A DNA stretch of 64,000 nt from Planctomycetota bacterium (GCA_016200135.1 JACQFI010000048.1:5151-69150), one strand, 5' to 3'. Counted from the first letter of the stretch, positions 29,170 to 39,393 are shown. Translations and numbers: made by a program. The notes: generated from the sequence alone by a model not told the origin.

Positions 29170-30714
29170 TTACTCCGCCAGCCGCTTCTGCACGATCTTC
29201 ACCGCGTCGGCGACCTGGATGCGGTCCTGCTTCATGCTGTCGCGTTCGCGGATGGTCACGCTGCCGTCTTGCGCGGTCTGGCCGTCCACGGTGATGCAGT
29301 ACGGCGTGCCGCACTCGTCCTGGCGGCGGTAGCGGCGGCCGATCGCGTCCTTCTCGTCGTATGCCGCTTTGAGGCCGCTTTTCGAGAACTCGTCCACGAT
29401 CTTCCGCGCGGACTCGGGCATGCCTTCCTTCTTTACCAGCGGGAAGATGGCCACCTTGACCGGCGCAAGCCGCGCGTGCAGGCGCAGCACGGTGCGGCCT
29501 TCGCTGGTGCCGGGCGGCGGAGGTTCTTCCACGTAGGCGTCGATAAGGAACGCCAGCGCGGCGCGGTCGGCGCCCGCAGCGGGCTCGATGACGTACGGGT
29601 GGTAGTGCTTGTTCGCCTGCGGATCGAAGTAGGTCAGCTTCTTGCCGCTGTGCTTCTCGTGCTGCTTCAGGTCGTAGTCGCTGCGGTGCGCGATGCCTTC
29701 GAGTTCGCCCCAGCCCCACGGATAGTCGTATTCCACATCGTTGCAGCCCTTGGCATAATGCGAGAGCTCGTCCGCGGCGTGTGGGCGCAGCCGCAGCTTA
29801 TCCTTCTTGATGCCAAGGCTCGAATACCAGTTGAGACGCGCGTTACTCCAGTACTCGAACCACTCCATGTCGGTCTTCTCGCCCGGCGGCGTGAACTCGG
29901 GCGGGTAGCAGAAGAATTCCATCTCCATCTGCTCGAACTCGCACGAGCGGAACGTGAAGTGCTCGACCGTGATCTCGTTGCGGAAGCTCTTGCCCTGCTG
30001 CGCGATGCCGAACGGCGGCTTCATGCGCATGGATTGCTGGACGTTGAGGAAATTCGTGAACATCGCCTGCGCCGTCTCGGGCCGGAGGTACACGGCGGTC
30101 TCGTCGATGGCTTCGGCCAGCACTTTGCGAAGTTCCTCGCCGGAGAGCGCCTTGCCATCGAGGCGCTTGTACATGGTCTCGAGCGGATCGATCGAGCCCA
30201 GCGAGGTGCGGAACATGAGGTTGAAGCGGCGGATATCCGACATGTTCGGGCTGCCGCAGTTCGGGCAGACGATGCCGAGTTCCCCGACGGCGCCTTTGCG
30301 CGTCTCCTTCTTGCCCGACTGGCGATCCACGACGACCTTGTACTCGACTTCGCTGCCCTTGGCCGCCTGCGGCCATTTGTCGGCGCGTCCGCGCTCCTTG
30401 CAGTCTTTGCAGTCGACCATCGGATCGGAAAACGTCGCGAGGTGGCCCGACGCGCGCCACACGTTGGGGTGCATGATGATGCTCGCATCGATGCCGACCA
30501 CGTCCTCGCGCGAGAGCACCATCGTCCGCCACCACTCGGCCTTGACGTTGCGCTTCAGCTCCGTGCCGAGCGGACCGTAGTCGTAGCAGCTTTTCAGGCC
30601 GCCGTAGATCTCACTGGATTGGAAGACGAAGCCGCGCTGCTTGCTGAGCGCGACCAGCTTCTCCATGATCTCGGGCTCGGTGGAGACTTTCTTCGCCTTG
30701 TCGGGTTTGCTCAT
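29170..30714 (-). CDS. glyQS: Glycine--tRNA ligase (homodimeric type)
   Basis: YDYGPLG, LRPETAQ, GKSFRNEIT, EFEQME, anticodon-binding domain. Confidence 0.96.
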   Translation of the reverse strand: MSKPDKAKKVSTEPEIMEKLVALSKQRGFVFQSSEIYGGLKSCYDYGPLGTELKRNVKAEWWRTMVLSREDVVGIDASIIMHPNVWRASGHLATFSDPMVDCKDCKERGRADKWPQAAKGSEVEYKVVVDRQSGKKETRKGAVGELGIVCPNCGSPNMSDIRRFNLMFRTSLGSIDPLETMYKRLDGKALSGEELRKVLAEAIDETAVYLRPETAQAMFTNFLNVQQSMRMKPPFGIAQQGKSFRNEITVEHFTFRSCEFEQMEMEFFCYPPEFTPPGEKTDMEWFEYWSNARLNWYSSLGIKKDKLRLRPHAADELSHYAKGCNDVEYDYPWGWGELEGIAHRSDYDLKQHEKHSGKKLTYFDPQANKHYHPYVIEPAAGADRAALAFLIDAYVEEPPPPGTSEGRTVLRLHARLAPVKVAIFPLVKKEGMPESARKIVDEFSKSGLKAAYDEKDAIGRRYRRQDECGTPYCITVDGQTAQDGSVTIRERDSMKQDRIQVADAVKIVQKRLAE

Positions 30715-30870
30715 GTTGCCTTCGCTCCTCTCGAAAGCGCCCAACTATAGGGGACCGCCGGGGGGCCTCAACGAAAAATCGCACTCTCGGGATAATACAT
30801 CTTGAACTCGGGCAACGGATTCGCTATTAAATTCACATCGCCGTAAGACGCGGAGCGAACGAAGACCCCC

Positions 30871-31791
30871 ATGCCCAGCCGCACGTTTCATGTGATCGCC
30901 CATCGCGGGGCCTCCGCGCAAGCGCCTGAGAACACGTTGCGCGCGTTCGACGCCGCGATCAAGGCCGGCGCGGACGAGATCGAGACCGACGTGCGCGTCA
31001 CGAAGGACGGCGTCGCGGTGCTGCTCCACGACGCCAGCCTCTTCCGCACCACCGGGAAAGAAGCGGAAGTCAAAGACGTCACCTTCGAGGAACTGCGCCT
31101 GCTCGACGCGGGCAACTTCAGCTCCGAAAAGTACAAGAACACGAAGATTCCGACGCTTGAAGAGGCGCTCGCGAAATACCTCGCCAAAATTCCATTCGAA
31201 GTCGAGTTGAAAGCCTTCGGCGCCGTCGTCCCGACCATCCAGGCGCTGCAGAAGTTCGCCGAGCAGGGCGCGTTCGACCGCGTCCTGCTCACCAGCTTCA
31301 ACCGCCAACTCCTGATCTCCGCGGTGATGCTCGACGGCCGCTGCAAGGTCGGGCATCTCCTCGATCTTCACAGCACCACCACGGTGGCCGAGATCAAGCA
31401 CATGGGCGGCGCCGTGACGCTGCCGCATTGCGAAGACGTGAGCAAGGACATGGTCGACGAGGCCCACCGCCTCAACATGGCCGTGCGCGTCTGGGGCGTC
31501 TCGAACCTCGACGCCGCGAAAAAAGTAATCGAGGCCGGCGCCGATGGCGCGACCTACAACGATCCCACGGAACTGCTCGCATATTTGAACGAGGCCGGCC
31601 TGCGAAACCACGAGTTGCCGCTGCCGCCGCTTAATTCGGTGTACGCCTCGCGCAGTTCCGCTCAGGCCAAGGCCAACGCGCTGGAGAAGGAACGCGAGAA
31701 GGAAGAAGAGAAGCCCGCCGAGAAGACCAACGGCAAGCACGCGCACACCGAAAAGGCCGGCATCAGCGCCCGCGCTGCCGGCAAAGCCTGA
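30871..31791 (+). CDS. Glycerophosphodiester phosphodiesterase
   Basis: AHRGAS..APENT, ETDVRVTKDG, HD motifs; charged C-terminal tail. Confidence 0.9.
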   Translation: MPSRTFHVIAHRGASAQAPENTLRAFDAAIKAGADEIETDVRVTKDGVAVLLHDASLFRTTGKEAEVKDVTFEELRLLDAGNFSSEKYKNTKIPTLEEALAKYLAKIPFEVELKAFGAVVPTIQALQKFAEQGAFDRVLLTSFNRQLLISAVMLDGRCKVGHLLDLHSTTTVAEIKHMGGAVTLPHCEDVSKDMVDEAHRLNMAVRVWGVSNLDAAKKVIEAGADGATYNDPTELLAYLNEAGLRNHELPLPPLNSVYASRSSAQAKANALEKEREKEEEKPAEKTNGKHAHTEKAGISARAAGKA

Positions 31792-31813
31792 CCTTCCAGA
31801 CTGTCCGTACTTT

Positions 31814-33034
31814 TTAGAAGTAATCCAAGCGATAGAGATTCGGATACGAGAGCGGGAAGACCGCGCGCAGCAGCGCTTGGTCGCCGCTGGCCTTCACGCC
31901 CGGGATCGACTTCCAATCCAGCGTCCCGAGCGCCAGTTGAAGCAGCGCCTGCTGGGTGCATTCCACGCGCGCCGAGAGAATGTGGCGGTGCGTCGAGATC
32001 ATCAGCGAGATGTGATGCGCGCGGCCGAGGATGAGGTTGTGCTCCTTGCCGTCCACAATCAGATGCAGGTGCCCTTCGGACTCGATGCCTTCCGAGTTGA
32101 TGCGCGCCTCGAGTTCCGGCTGCAACTCCTTGAGGAACGCGGCCACGTCGAGGATGCGCCCCATGCCGCCGTGCGTCCAGCGCATGCCGCCTTCGGTCTG
32201 GTGCGGGAAACGCTGCGCGAAAGCCCACAGCGGATGCATCGGCGAGAGATAATGCAGCGCGACCTCTTTGCCTGAACGGTCGCGCAGCCACGCGAGCACA
32301 GCCTCGGCCGCTTCGCCATCGCCCGGCGCACAGGCGGCCTCCCAGAACGAACCGTCGCGGACCACGGCATACGCACGCGGCGTCTTCTCGCCTTTCGCCG
32401 AGAAAACATGTACGCAGCCCTGCGGGTCGTTCTTGCTCGTCGCCAGGAGGTCTTCGCGCTGAATGCCGAAGTGAAAGCGCGCCGCGTCGCGTATCACCGA
32501 GCCCGTCGTCGAGGCCGTCGCGGCGTTGTAGAGGCCGGCCAGCGCCGCGGCGTCGGAAGGCTTGTACGGCCGGACCTGCAGCGGATGCTTGAGGTCCTTC
32601 AGCCCCTTTGCATCGAGCTTCAGGACGCGGCGGGGCCAGACTTCGGCATACCCAAAACGCGTGTAGTAGGTGATGCCGCAGAGTAGAAAGGTGAGCGGCA
32701 TGCCTTCCTGCTTCGCGACGGCAAGCGCGTCGTTCATGCAATGCGTAGGCAGGTCCTGGCCGCGGAATTCCTTGTGGCAGGTCACCGCGCCGATGCCGGC
32801 CATGCGGAACTTCGCGCGGCCGATGCGCACTGTCTTTTCCAGAATGCCGACGTGTGCGACGATGCGGCCCTTGCGGCGGATTACCCGGGAATGCTGCGGC
32901 TTAAAGGCGGGGTCGAGCGTGTAGTCGCGGTCGAACAGGTCGCGCACGCTCTCGTACGCGGGCACGAAGACCCGCGCGCACATCTCGCTAAGTTCCTGGA
33001 ACTGCTTTTTGCCGCGTGGATGGTCGGTGCGCAT
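31814..33034 (-). CDS. Eis-like GNAT acetyltransferase
   Basis: GIGAVTCHKEFRGQ, YTRFGY; tandem GNAT plus SCP2-like C-terminus. Confidence 0.8.
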   Translation of the reverse strand: MRTDHPRGKKQFQELSEMCARVFVPAYESVRDLFDRDYTLDPAFKPQHSRVIRRKGRIVAHVGILEKTVRIGRAKFRMAGIGAVTCHKEFRGQDLPTHCMNDALAVAKQEGMPLTFLLCGITYYTRFGYAEVWPRRVLKLDAKGLKDLKHPLQVRPYKPSDAAALAGLYNAATASTTGSVIRDAARFHFGIQREDLLATSKNDPQGCVHVFSAKGEKTPRAYAVVRDGSFWEAACAPGDGEAAEAVLAWLRDRSGKEVALHYLSPMHPLWAFAQRFPHQTEGGMRWTHGGMGRILDVAAFLKELQPELEARINSEGIESEGHLHLIVDGKEHNLILGRAHHISLMISTHRHILSARVECTQQALLQLALGTLDWKSIPGVKASGDQALLRAVFPLSYPNLYRLDYF

Positions 33035-33056
33035 AAATCCTCGTAGCGCGTATCGG

Positions 33057-33130
33057 CGTGGAGCGTGGAGCGCATTGCGCGCGGCCTTGCTCAGCCTTAG
33101 CGCATTGCGCTTCACGCTCTACGCTCCACG
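33057..33130. repeat. Inverted heptamer repeat pair (CGTGGAG)n
   Basis: CGTGGAG CGTGGAG CG ... CACGCTCTACGCTCCACG. Confidence 0.75.
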
Positions 33131-33133
33131 GCC

Positions 33134-34081
33134 TTACTCCAGGTTCTGCACCTGCTCGCGGATCTTCTCGATCAGGTTCTTAATGTCCACGACGCGGTGC
33201 GTGATGGTCTGGTCGTTGGCCTTGGAGCCGATGGTGTTGGTCTCGCGAAAGAGCTCTTGCGTCAGGAAGTCGAGCTTCTTGCCAGCCTCGCCGCCGTCGG
33301 CCAGCGCGGCCTCCATCTGCGCAAAATGGCTTTCGAGCCGCGCGAGTTCCTCGCTGATGTCCGTGCGGTCGCTGGCGAGCACCACCTCGCGTTCGAGGAT
33401 GTCCTTATCGAGCGGCTGGTCGATGCCGGACTTCTGGAGCAATTTCTGGATGCGCTCCTTGAACTTCTCGACGCTGCGCTGCAGCGCGGCCGGCGCGTCC
33501 TGGCGCAGGGCTTCGCGGTGGGCGCTCAGTTCGGCCATGCGCCCGCGCACGTCGGCGGCCATCGCCGCGCCTTCCTTGATACGCATGGCGTCGAAGCGGT
33601 TCAGGGCCTCGTTCAGCACCGGCTCGCAGCGCGACCAAGCCTCGTCGGCGTCGTCTTCGCTCTCGGCGCGGGTCACGACGCCCGGCAACGCGAGCAGCGC
33701 CTGTAGCGGGATCTCGCCTTTCAAGCCCAGGCTCTTGGCCAGCGCCTTGGCCTGCTTCGCGTATGCCTTGGCGGCCTTCGCGTCGATGCCGAAGCTGTTC
33801 TCCCCCGCCCCAACGCTCTCCACGTACAGGCTCACATCCACACTGCCGCGCTTCACGCCGCGCTCGGCAAGCAGGGTCTTGATGCGGTCTTCGAACGCGC
33901 CGTAGCGCGGCGGCAGCTTGAAGCCGAGTTTGAGGAAGCGGCCGTTCACCGCACGGATCTCGGCGCAGATCCGGCCTTTCGCGTCGGACGTCTCGGCGCG
34001 GCCGAAGCCGGTCATGGAGCGCACGGCGCTCTGGCGAGCCGCGGCGGTTCGCACGGGAGCCGGTTTCAGGGTGCGGAACAT
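33134..34081 (-). CDS. yicC: YicC/YloC family endoribonuclease
   Basis: RSMTGFG, EELARL, GKKLDFLTQELFRETNTIGSK, IREQVQNLE. Confidence 0.93.
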   Translation of the reverse strand: MFRTLKPAPVRTAAARQSAVRSMTGFGRAETSDAKGRICAEIRAVNGRFLKLGFKLPPRYGAFEDRIKTLLAERGVKRGSVDVSLYVESVGAGENSFGIDAKAAKAYAKQAKALAKSLGLKGEIPLQALLALPGVVTRAESEDDADEAWSRCEPVLNEALNRFDAMRIKEGAAMAADVRGRMAELSAHREALRQDAPAALQRSVEKFKERIQKLLQKSGIDQPLDKDILEREVVLASDRTDISEELARLESHFAQMEAALADGGEAGKKLDFLTQELFRETNTIGSKANDQTITHRVVDIKNLIEKIREQVQNLE

Positions 34082-34101
34082 TGCTTGTTTAGGCGCCGGG
34101 G

Positions 34102-34731
34102 TTACTTGGCAGCCGGAGCGGGCTCGCTCTTAGCCGCGGGTTCGCTCTTGGCTTCGGGAGCGGGCGCCGAAGCCGACTTGGCCTCACCGGACTTCAACTC
34201 GTCGGTCTTGGCCGGCGCGCTCTTGGCCTCTTCGGCCTTCGCAGGAGCCGATTTCTCTTCGCCGGATTTCGCGGCCGGAGCGGGCTCGGACTTCTTGGCC
34301 TCGTCCGGCTTCGCGGAGACGCTCTTGGCGTCTTCCGTTTTGCTCGCGCCGACGGACTTCTCGTCGGGCTTCACGGGACCCGCGTCTTTCTTGACGTCAG
34401 GCGCGAGCGTGGGCGGCGGTGCCTCGGCAGGACCGGTCTTTTGAGTCTCCGGCCCGATGGTAGCCTTGTCTTCGGCTAGGCCTTCGGTGCCGAGCTTGCT
34501 GGTAGGGTTGCGGGCCAGGTAACCCAGCATGATGGCAATGATGAAAAAGATGACCGCGAGATAGGCCGTCGCGCGGCGAATGGGGTTGGTTACGCCTTCA
34601 ACCGTTGCACCCTTGGTGCCGCCCAGGGCGGCCAAGCCTCCACCCTTCCCTTCCTGAAGCAGGATAAAGAAGGTCATGACGACGGACACGAACAGCAACG
34701 CGCCCTTTAGAATGTAAACCAGAATTTCCAT
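34102..34731 (-). CDS. secG: Preprotein translocase SecG with long low-complexity tail
   Basis: ILLQEGKGGGL motif, two TMs, downstream of tpiA. Confidence 0.88.
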   Translation of the reverse strand: MEILVYILKGALLFVSVVMTFFILLQEGKGGGLAALGGTKGATVEGVTNPIRRATAYLAVIFFIIAIMLGYLARNPTSKLGTEGLAEDKATIGPETQKTGPAEAPPPTLAPDVKKDAGPVKPDEKSVGASKTEDAKSVSAKPDEAKKSEPAPAAKSGEEKSAPAKAEEAKSAPAKTDELKSGEAKSASAPAPEAKSEPAAKSEPAPAAK

Positions 34732-34780
34732 GTCCCACCGCTCCTTGCCCCTTAATGACCCGCAAACGCTCTGCTTTAGA

Positions 34781-35539
34781 CTATCCGCCGGCCTTTACGA
34801 TCTGCGCAAAATCTCCCGCCACCAGGCTCGCGCCGCCTACCAAGGCGCCGTCAATGTCCGGCTGTTCGAGCAACTTCGCGGCGTTATCGGCCTTCACCGA
34901 GCCGCCATATTGTATCCGCACCGCGTCCGCCGTGCCTGCACCAAATTTCTGGCGCAGCAGGGCGCGGATGAAGGCGTGCACTTCCTGCGCCTGCTGGGGC
35001 GAGGCCGTCAGGCCCGTGCCGATGGCCCAGACGGGCTCGTACGCGATGGTCACCTCGGCCATCTCCGCCGGGGTAATACCCGCGAGCCCGCCCTCAACCT
35101 GCTTCTTGACCACTTGCTCGGTCACGTTCGTCTGGCGTTCGCTGAGCAACTCGCCGACGCAGACGATCACCTTGAGCTTGTTCGCGAGCCCCGCCTTGAG
35201 GCGTTTGTTGACGGTCTCGTCCGTCTCGCCGAAGAACTGCCGGCGCTCGCTGTGGCCCACGATCACGGCCTTGCAGCCGCTCGCCACCAGCATCCCCGGG
35301 CTGACCTCGCCGGTGAACGCGCCCGATTTCTCCCAGTAGATATTCTGTGCGCCCAAGAGGATGTTCGAACCCTTGAGGGCTTCTCCCGCCGCCGCCAGAC
35401 AGACGAAGGGCGGGCAGACCGCGACATCGGCCTTGTCGTAGCCTTCCAGCGCCTTGCGAATCCCGGCGGCCAACTCGCGGGACTCGTCCGGCGTCTTGTT
35501 CATCTTCCAGTTACCGGCGATGAATTTGCGGCGTGCCAT
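34781..35539 (-). CDS. tpiA: Triosephosphate isomerase
   Basis: AGNWKM, GHSERR, AYEPVWAIGTG, YGGSV motifs. Confidence 0.97.
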   Translation of the reverse strand: MARRKFIAGNWKMNKTPDESRELAAGIRKALEGYDKADVAVCPPFVCLAAAGEALKGSNILLGAQNIYWEKSGAFTGEVSPGMLVASGCKAVIVGHSERRQFFGETDETVNKRLKAGLANKLKVIVCVGELLSERQTNVTEQVVKKQVEGGLAGITPAEMAEVTIAYEPVWAIGTGLTASPQQAQEVHAFIRALLRQKFGAGTADAVRIQYGGSVKADNAAKLLEQPDIDGALVGGASLVAGDFAQIVKAGG

Positions 35540-35598
35540 GGCGCTCTCTCCGATGTAGGGCCTCGCGCCAACCCAACGCGAAGCCGGTTGCGTCGAAC

Positions 35599-35690
35599 CG
35601 TAAAACGTAATGCGTAAAACGTAATAACGGCAAAAGGCTCTCTGTCTCCAAAGCAGTTTATTATGTTTTATGTTTTACGTTTTACGTTTT
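35599..35690. repeat. Inverted heptamer repeat pair (CGTAAAA)n
   Basis: CGTAAAA CGTAATG CGTAAAA CGTAATA ... TATTATG TTTTATG TTTTACG TTTTACG. Confidence 0.85.
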
Positions 35691-35701
35691 AGTCAAACCC
35701 C

Positions 35702-36883
35702 TCACTTCGCCGCCGCCCTGCGCTCCGAAGACGGCAGCCGCGGCGAGACCGGATAGCTGCCCAGTATTTCCAAGTGGCGCACATGCGCATCGATCTCTTT
35801 CAAGGTCGCCATGACCTCCGGATCGGCCACGTGCCCGTACAAGTCGATGAAGAAGTTGTACTCCCACGCGCGGCGCTTGCTCGGGCGCGACTCGATGCGC
35901 GTCAGATTGATGCCGTGCTTGTGGAACGGTTTGAGCAGGTTCAGCAGCGCGCCGGGCTTATCGGAGACGGAGATCACCAGCGAAGTTTTGTCGTTGCCGG
36001 TTCGGTCGGCCATCTTCTCGGCAATGACGAAGAAGCGCGTGATGTTGTCCGGCTGGTCTTCGATGTTCGCGGCCTGGATCGGGACCTGGTAGATCTCGGC
36101 AGCCAGTTCGCCCGCTATCGCGCCCGCGTGCTTGTCCTTAGCGGCCAGTTGCGCGGCCTCAGCCGTCGAGCCCACCGGGCGGCGCACAGCGTTGCCGAGG
36201 TGCCCGTTGAGCCACTGTCGCGTCTGCGCGAAGCCCTGCGGGTGGCTGTAGATCGTCCTGATGTCCTTCGGTTTGCTCAACGAGAGCAGATGCTGGTGGA
36301 TCGGCAGGTAGATCTCGCTGGCGATCTTCAGCCGGTGCTCGGCCAGCAAGTCGATGGACTCGTTGACGCCGCCCTCGGTGGAGTTCTCGATAGGCACAAC
36401 GCCGAAGTCGGACTTGCCGCGCGCCACGGCCGCAAAGGCATCGCGGACGTCGCGCGCCGCGGTGTACTCCACCGACGACCCGAATTTGGTATGCGCGGCC
36501 AGGTGCGTGAACGAGCCCGGCTGCCCGAAGTAGCAGACGCGCGTGGGATGCTCGAGCGCGATCGTCGCGGACATGATCTCGCGGTAGATCGCGCGGAAGG
36601 CGTCGTCGGGGAGCGGGCCTTTGTTCAGCCGCGCGACGCGCTGGTAGACCTGGATCTCGCGCGAAGGCGCGTACGCCTTCACGCCCTCCTTGGCTTTCAA
36701 CCGGCCGATGTGGCGCGCGTAACGGGCGCGCTCGTTGATCAGGGCGACGATGCGCGCGTCCAGAGCGTCGATGCGCGCGCGCAGATCTTCAAGGCTCAAG
36801 GCGTCCAGCGCGGGCACGGCAGCGCCTTTACCGTCCGCGCCAGCGCGGGCGGCCTGTGCTTTGTTTGCGCGCGTACCGGCCAT
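35702..36883 (-). CDS. pheA: Chorismate mutase / prephenate dehydratase
   Basis: CM N-terminus, PIENSTEG, NITRF, LTRIESRPS (ACT) motifs. Confidence 0.95.
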   Translation of the reverse strand: MAGTRANKAQAARAGADGKGAAVPALDALSLEDLRARIDALDARIVALINERARYARHIGRLKAKEGVKAYAPSREIQVYQRVARLNKGPLPDDAFRAIYREIMSATIALEHPTRVCYFGQPGSFTHLAAHTKFGSSVEYTAARDVRDAFAAVARGKSDFGVVPIENSTEGGVNESIDLLAEHRLKIASEIYLPIHQHLLSLSKPKDIRTIYSHPQGFAQTRQWLNGHLGNAVRRPVGSTAEAAQLAAKDKHAGAIAGELAAEIYQVPIQAANIEDQPDNITRFFVIAEKMADRTGNDKTSLVISVSDKPGALLNLLKPFHKHGINLTRIESRPSKRRAWEYNFFIDLYGHVADPEVMATLKEIDAHVRHLEILGSYPVSPRLPSSERRAAAK

Positions 36884-36885
36884 GG

Positions 36886-37353
36886 TTATTCGAAGCGGAT
36901 CTCGAGAACTTTGAACTTCAGCTTGCCTTTGGGGACGGGCACTTCGACCACGTCGCCGACTTTATGCGTCAGCAGGGCCTGGCCCATGGGGCTCGTGGTC
37001 AGGATGCGGTTGGCCAGCGGATCGGCCTCGCCCTCGCCCACCAGCGTGTACTCCTCTTCGTCCTTGCTGCCCATATCGAGCAGCTTGACGGTCGCGCCGA
37101 AGACGACCGCATTGCCGCCGATCTTGGATTTATCCACGATTGTGGCCTGCGAGATCTTATAGCGCAGATCCGCGATCTTCTCCTCGGTCATCGCGAGGTC
37201 CTCGCGCGCCGCGTGGTACTCGGCGTTCTCCGAGAGGTCGCCCTTCTCCCGGGCTTCCTTGATCGCGGTAAGAATCTTGGGCCGGCGAGTCTCAAGTTCG
37301 AGCAATTCGGCCTTGAGCTTCTCCAGTCCTTCCTGCGTCATGGGCGTCGCCAT
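36886..37353 (-). CDS. greA: Transcription elongation factor GreA
   Basis: GDLSENAEY, SPMGQALL motifs. Confidence 0.95.
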   Translation of the reverse strand: MATPMTQEGLEKLKAELLELETRRPKILTAIKEAREKGDLSENAEYHAAREDLAMTEEKIADLRYKISQATIVDKSKIGGNAVVFGATVKLLDMGSKDEEEYTLVGEGEADPLANRILTTSPMGQALLTHKVGDVVEVPVPKGKLKFKVLEIRFE

Positions 37354-37369
37354 GCGTTCTCCTAAACTG

Positions 37370-37510
37370 CAGGGGTCAGGGAACAGGGATCAGAGGACAG
37401 GGAACAACAGCCGAGCGAAATGGATTTCCCAGTCTTCTTACCCGCTCCTCTTAAACTCCCAAAATGCGCCTATCGTTCCCTGATCTCTGATCCCAGTTCC
37501 CTATCCCCTT
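37370..37510. repeat. Inverted heptamer repeat pair (CAGGGAW)n
   Basis: Five units CAGGGGT/CAGGGAA/CAGGGAT/CAGAGGA/CAGGGAA and five inverted units TTCCCTG/ATCTCTG/ATCCCAG/TTCCCTA/TCCCCTT. Confidence 0.85.
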
Positions 37511-37512
37511 CC

Positions 37513-38712
37513 TTACTTCAACAACTTCTCCAACCGGTCCAAGCCCTTGTCGATCTTTTCGGTGCTCGACGCATAGCTCAGGCGCACGTGCTGGTTGGAA
37601 CCGAAGGCTTCGCCGGGCACCAGCGCGACCTTGGCCTCTTCCAGGCAGAGGTTTGTGAAGTCCATGCCGCTGGCGATCTTCTTGCCTGCGATGGTGCGGC
37701 CGAACGTTCCGGAAACGTTCGGGAAGCAGTAGAACGCGCCCTTGGGCTCCAGGCACTTCACGCCGTTGAGCGCGTTCAGACGCTTGACCATGTGCTGCCG
37801 CCGCGCGTCGAACTCCTCCCGCATGTGCATCACGGCCTCGTCGGACATGCGCAGGTTCGTGAGCGCCTCCGCCGCGCCGGCCTGGCTGAAGGCGGCGGGA
37901 TCGCTGGTCGCGTGGCTCTGGAACTTCGCCACCGCGTCCATGATCTCCTTCGGCCCGGCCGCGAAGCCGATGCGCCAGCCGGTCATGGCGTAGGTCTTGG
38001 AACACCCGTTGACCGTGACGACCAGATCCTTATGGAGCTTCGGCGCGCACGCGGCGAGGCTCTGGTGCGTGAAGTCCGCGTAGATCAGGTGCTCGTAGAT
38101 CTCGTCGGAGATCGTGACCACGTTGTGCTTCTCGATGACCGCCGCGAGGGCCTTCACCTCGTCGGGCGTGTAGACCGCGCCCGTAGGGTTCGAGGGGCTG
38201 TTGTGCATGAAGAGCTTGGTCTTGGGCGTGATCGCCTTCTCGAGCTGCTGCGGCGAGATCTTGAAGCCCGTCGCCTCGCTGCTCTGCAGGATCACCGGCT
38301 TGGCCCCGGCCAGGCGCACCATCTCGAGGTAGCTCACCCAGTACGGCATGGGGATGATGACCTCGTCGCCCTCGTCCACGAGCACCTGGATGATGTTGTA
38401 GATGCTCTGCTTGGCGCCATTGCTCACGACGACCTGCCCCGGCGCGTAGACCAGCCCGTTGTCGCGCTCGAACTTCTCGCAGATGGCCTTCTTTAGTTCC
38501 GGGCCGCGCTTGGCGCCGTAGCGGGTGTCGCCCGTGGTCATGGCGGTGACGCCGGCGCTGACGATGTGCTGCGGCGTGTTGAAGTCGGGCTCGCCCGCGC
38601 CGAAGCCGACGACGTCCTGCCCTTCGGCCTGCATGGCCTTGGCCTTGGCGTCCACGGCGAGGGTCGCGGAGGGCTGCACTTCGCGGATGCGGCGCGCTAA
38701 GGAGATCGCCAT
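37513..38712 (-). CDS. aspC: Class I PLP-dependent (aspartate) aminotransferase
   Basis: GEPDF, NSPSNPTG, SDEIY, SKTYAMTGWRIG motifs. Confidence 0.9.
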   Translation of the reverse strand: MAISLARRIREVQPSATLAVDAKAKAMQAEGQDVVGFGAGEPDFNTPQHIVSAGVTAMTTGDTRYGAKRGPELKKAICEKFERDNGLVYAPGQVVVSNGAKQSIYNIIQVLVDEGDEVIIPMPYWVSYLEMVRLAGAKPVILQSSEATGFKISPQQLEKAITPKTKLFMHNSPSNPTGAVYTPDEVKALAAVIEKHNVVTISDEIYEHLIYADFTHQSLAACAPKLHKDLVVTVNGCSKTYAMTGWRIGFAAGPKEIMDAVAKFQSHATSDPAAFSQAGAAEALTNLRMSDEAVMHMREEFDARRQHMVKRLNALNGVKCLEPKGAFYCFPNVSGTFGRTIAGKKIASGMDFTNLCLEEAKVALVPGEAFGSNQHVRLSYASSTEKIDKGLDRLEKLLK

Positions 38713-38740
38713 GCTCGTTCCCGCCTTCTGTTTTGCGCTA

Positions 38741-38783
38741 GGCAACAAAAAAACCAGGGCCGCGTAGGCGGTCCTGTGTCGCC
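38741..38783 (-). terminator. Intrinsic terminator-like hairpin in the 5' leader of the aminotransferase-greA operon
   Basis: CAGGACCGC-CTAC-GCGGCCCTG followed by GTTTTTTT on the minus strand. Confidence 0.6.
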
Positions 38784-38787
38784 AAGG

Positions 38788-38815
38788 ATAGTAATGGATT
38801 CCACGCCATTTGCAA
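38788..38815 (-). promoter_or_regulatory. sigma70-like promoter
   Basis: TTGCAA-N16-TACTAT on the minus strand. Confidence 0.5.
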
Positions 38816-38961
38816 GCCCGGGATAGGACTGCAAGCAAAGTCCAACCATGGACTTGCAAGAATAAAAAAGCCGTCGTCCAGAACGCTGGAGCGGATTTCT
38901 TGAAAGCGAATAGGCGTTGGATTGAATTCCACTCCGTAACATCGCGCGTGGAGGTTCAGCC

Positions 38962-39243
38962 GTGTACTTTATCTCCAGTCTATTCCTGCTGGTCCTGTCC
39001 TTGCGCGTTCTGCTGCGTGCGAAGAAGCCGATGGCTCTGGCCGCGTTATTCGCCTTGCTCGTCTGGGGCGTACATGCATTCATCGTGCAAACATCGAGTA
39101 TGCCCGCGCCGCACGACATGGCGCTGCGTGCGGGCGTTCGATTCTTGGCCGCCTGGCTTCTATTCGTCCTGGCGAATGGCACAAAATCCGTTTGGGGATG
39201 GATGCTGGTAATCGCGTTCGCACCCCTAGTCTCTGCGATCTGA
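38962..39243 (+). CDS. Small membrane protein
   Basis: RBS GGAGG before GTG; hydrophobic helices. Confidence 0.55.
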   Translation: MYFISSLFLLVLSLRVLLRAKKPMALAALFALLVWGVHAFIVQTSSMPAPHDMALRAGVRFLAAWLLFVLANGTKSVWGWMLVIAFAPLVSAI

Positions 39244-39393
39244 TCATGCGCCTTACCGGCATCACACCCCTCCATGTCTGAACACCCTTCTCGTGGTACA
39301 CATAGCCAAGCCAATGCTTCGAACTCGTAGCAACTTGCAGAGGGCCCGAAATTTCGGTAAGAGGACGGACTCACGATCCCAGGAGCGCCCACC

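Noticed and set aside
34102-34440. AKSEPA-type repeats in the SecG tail
   Set aside because: Low-complexity SecG extensions are common; no additional structure seen
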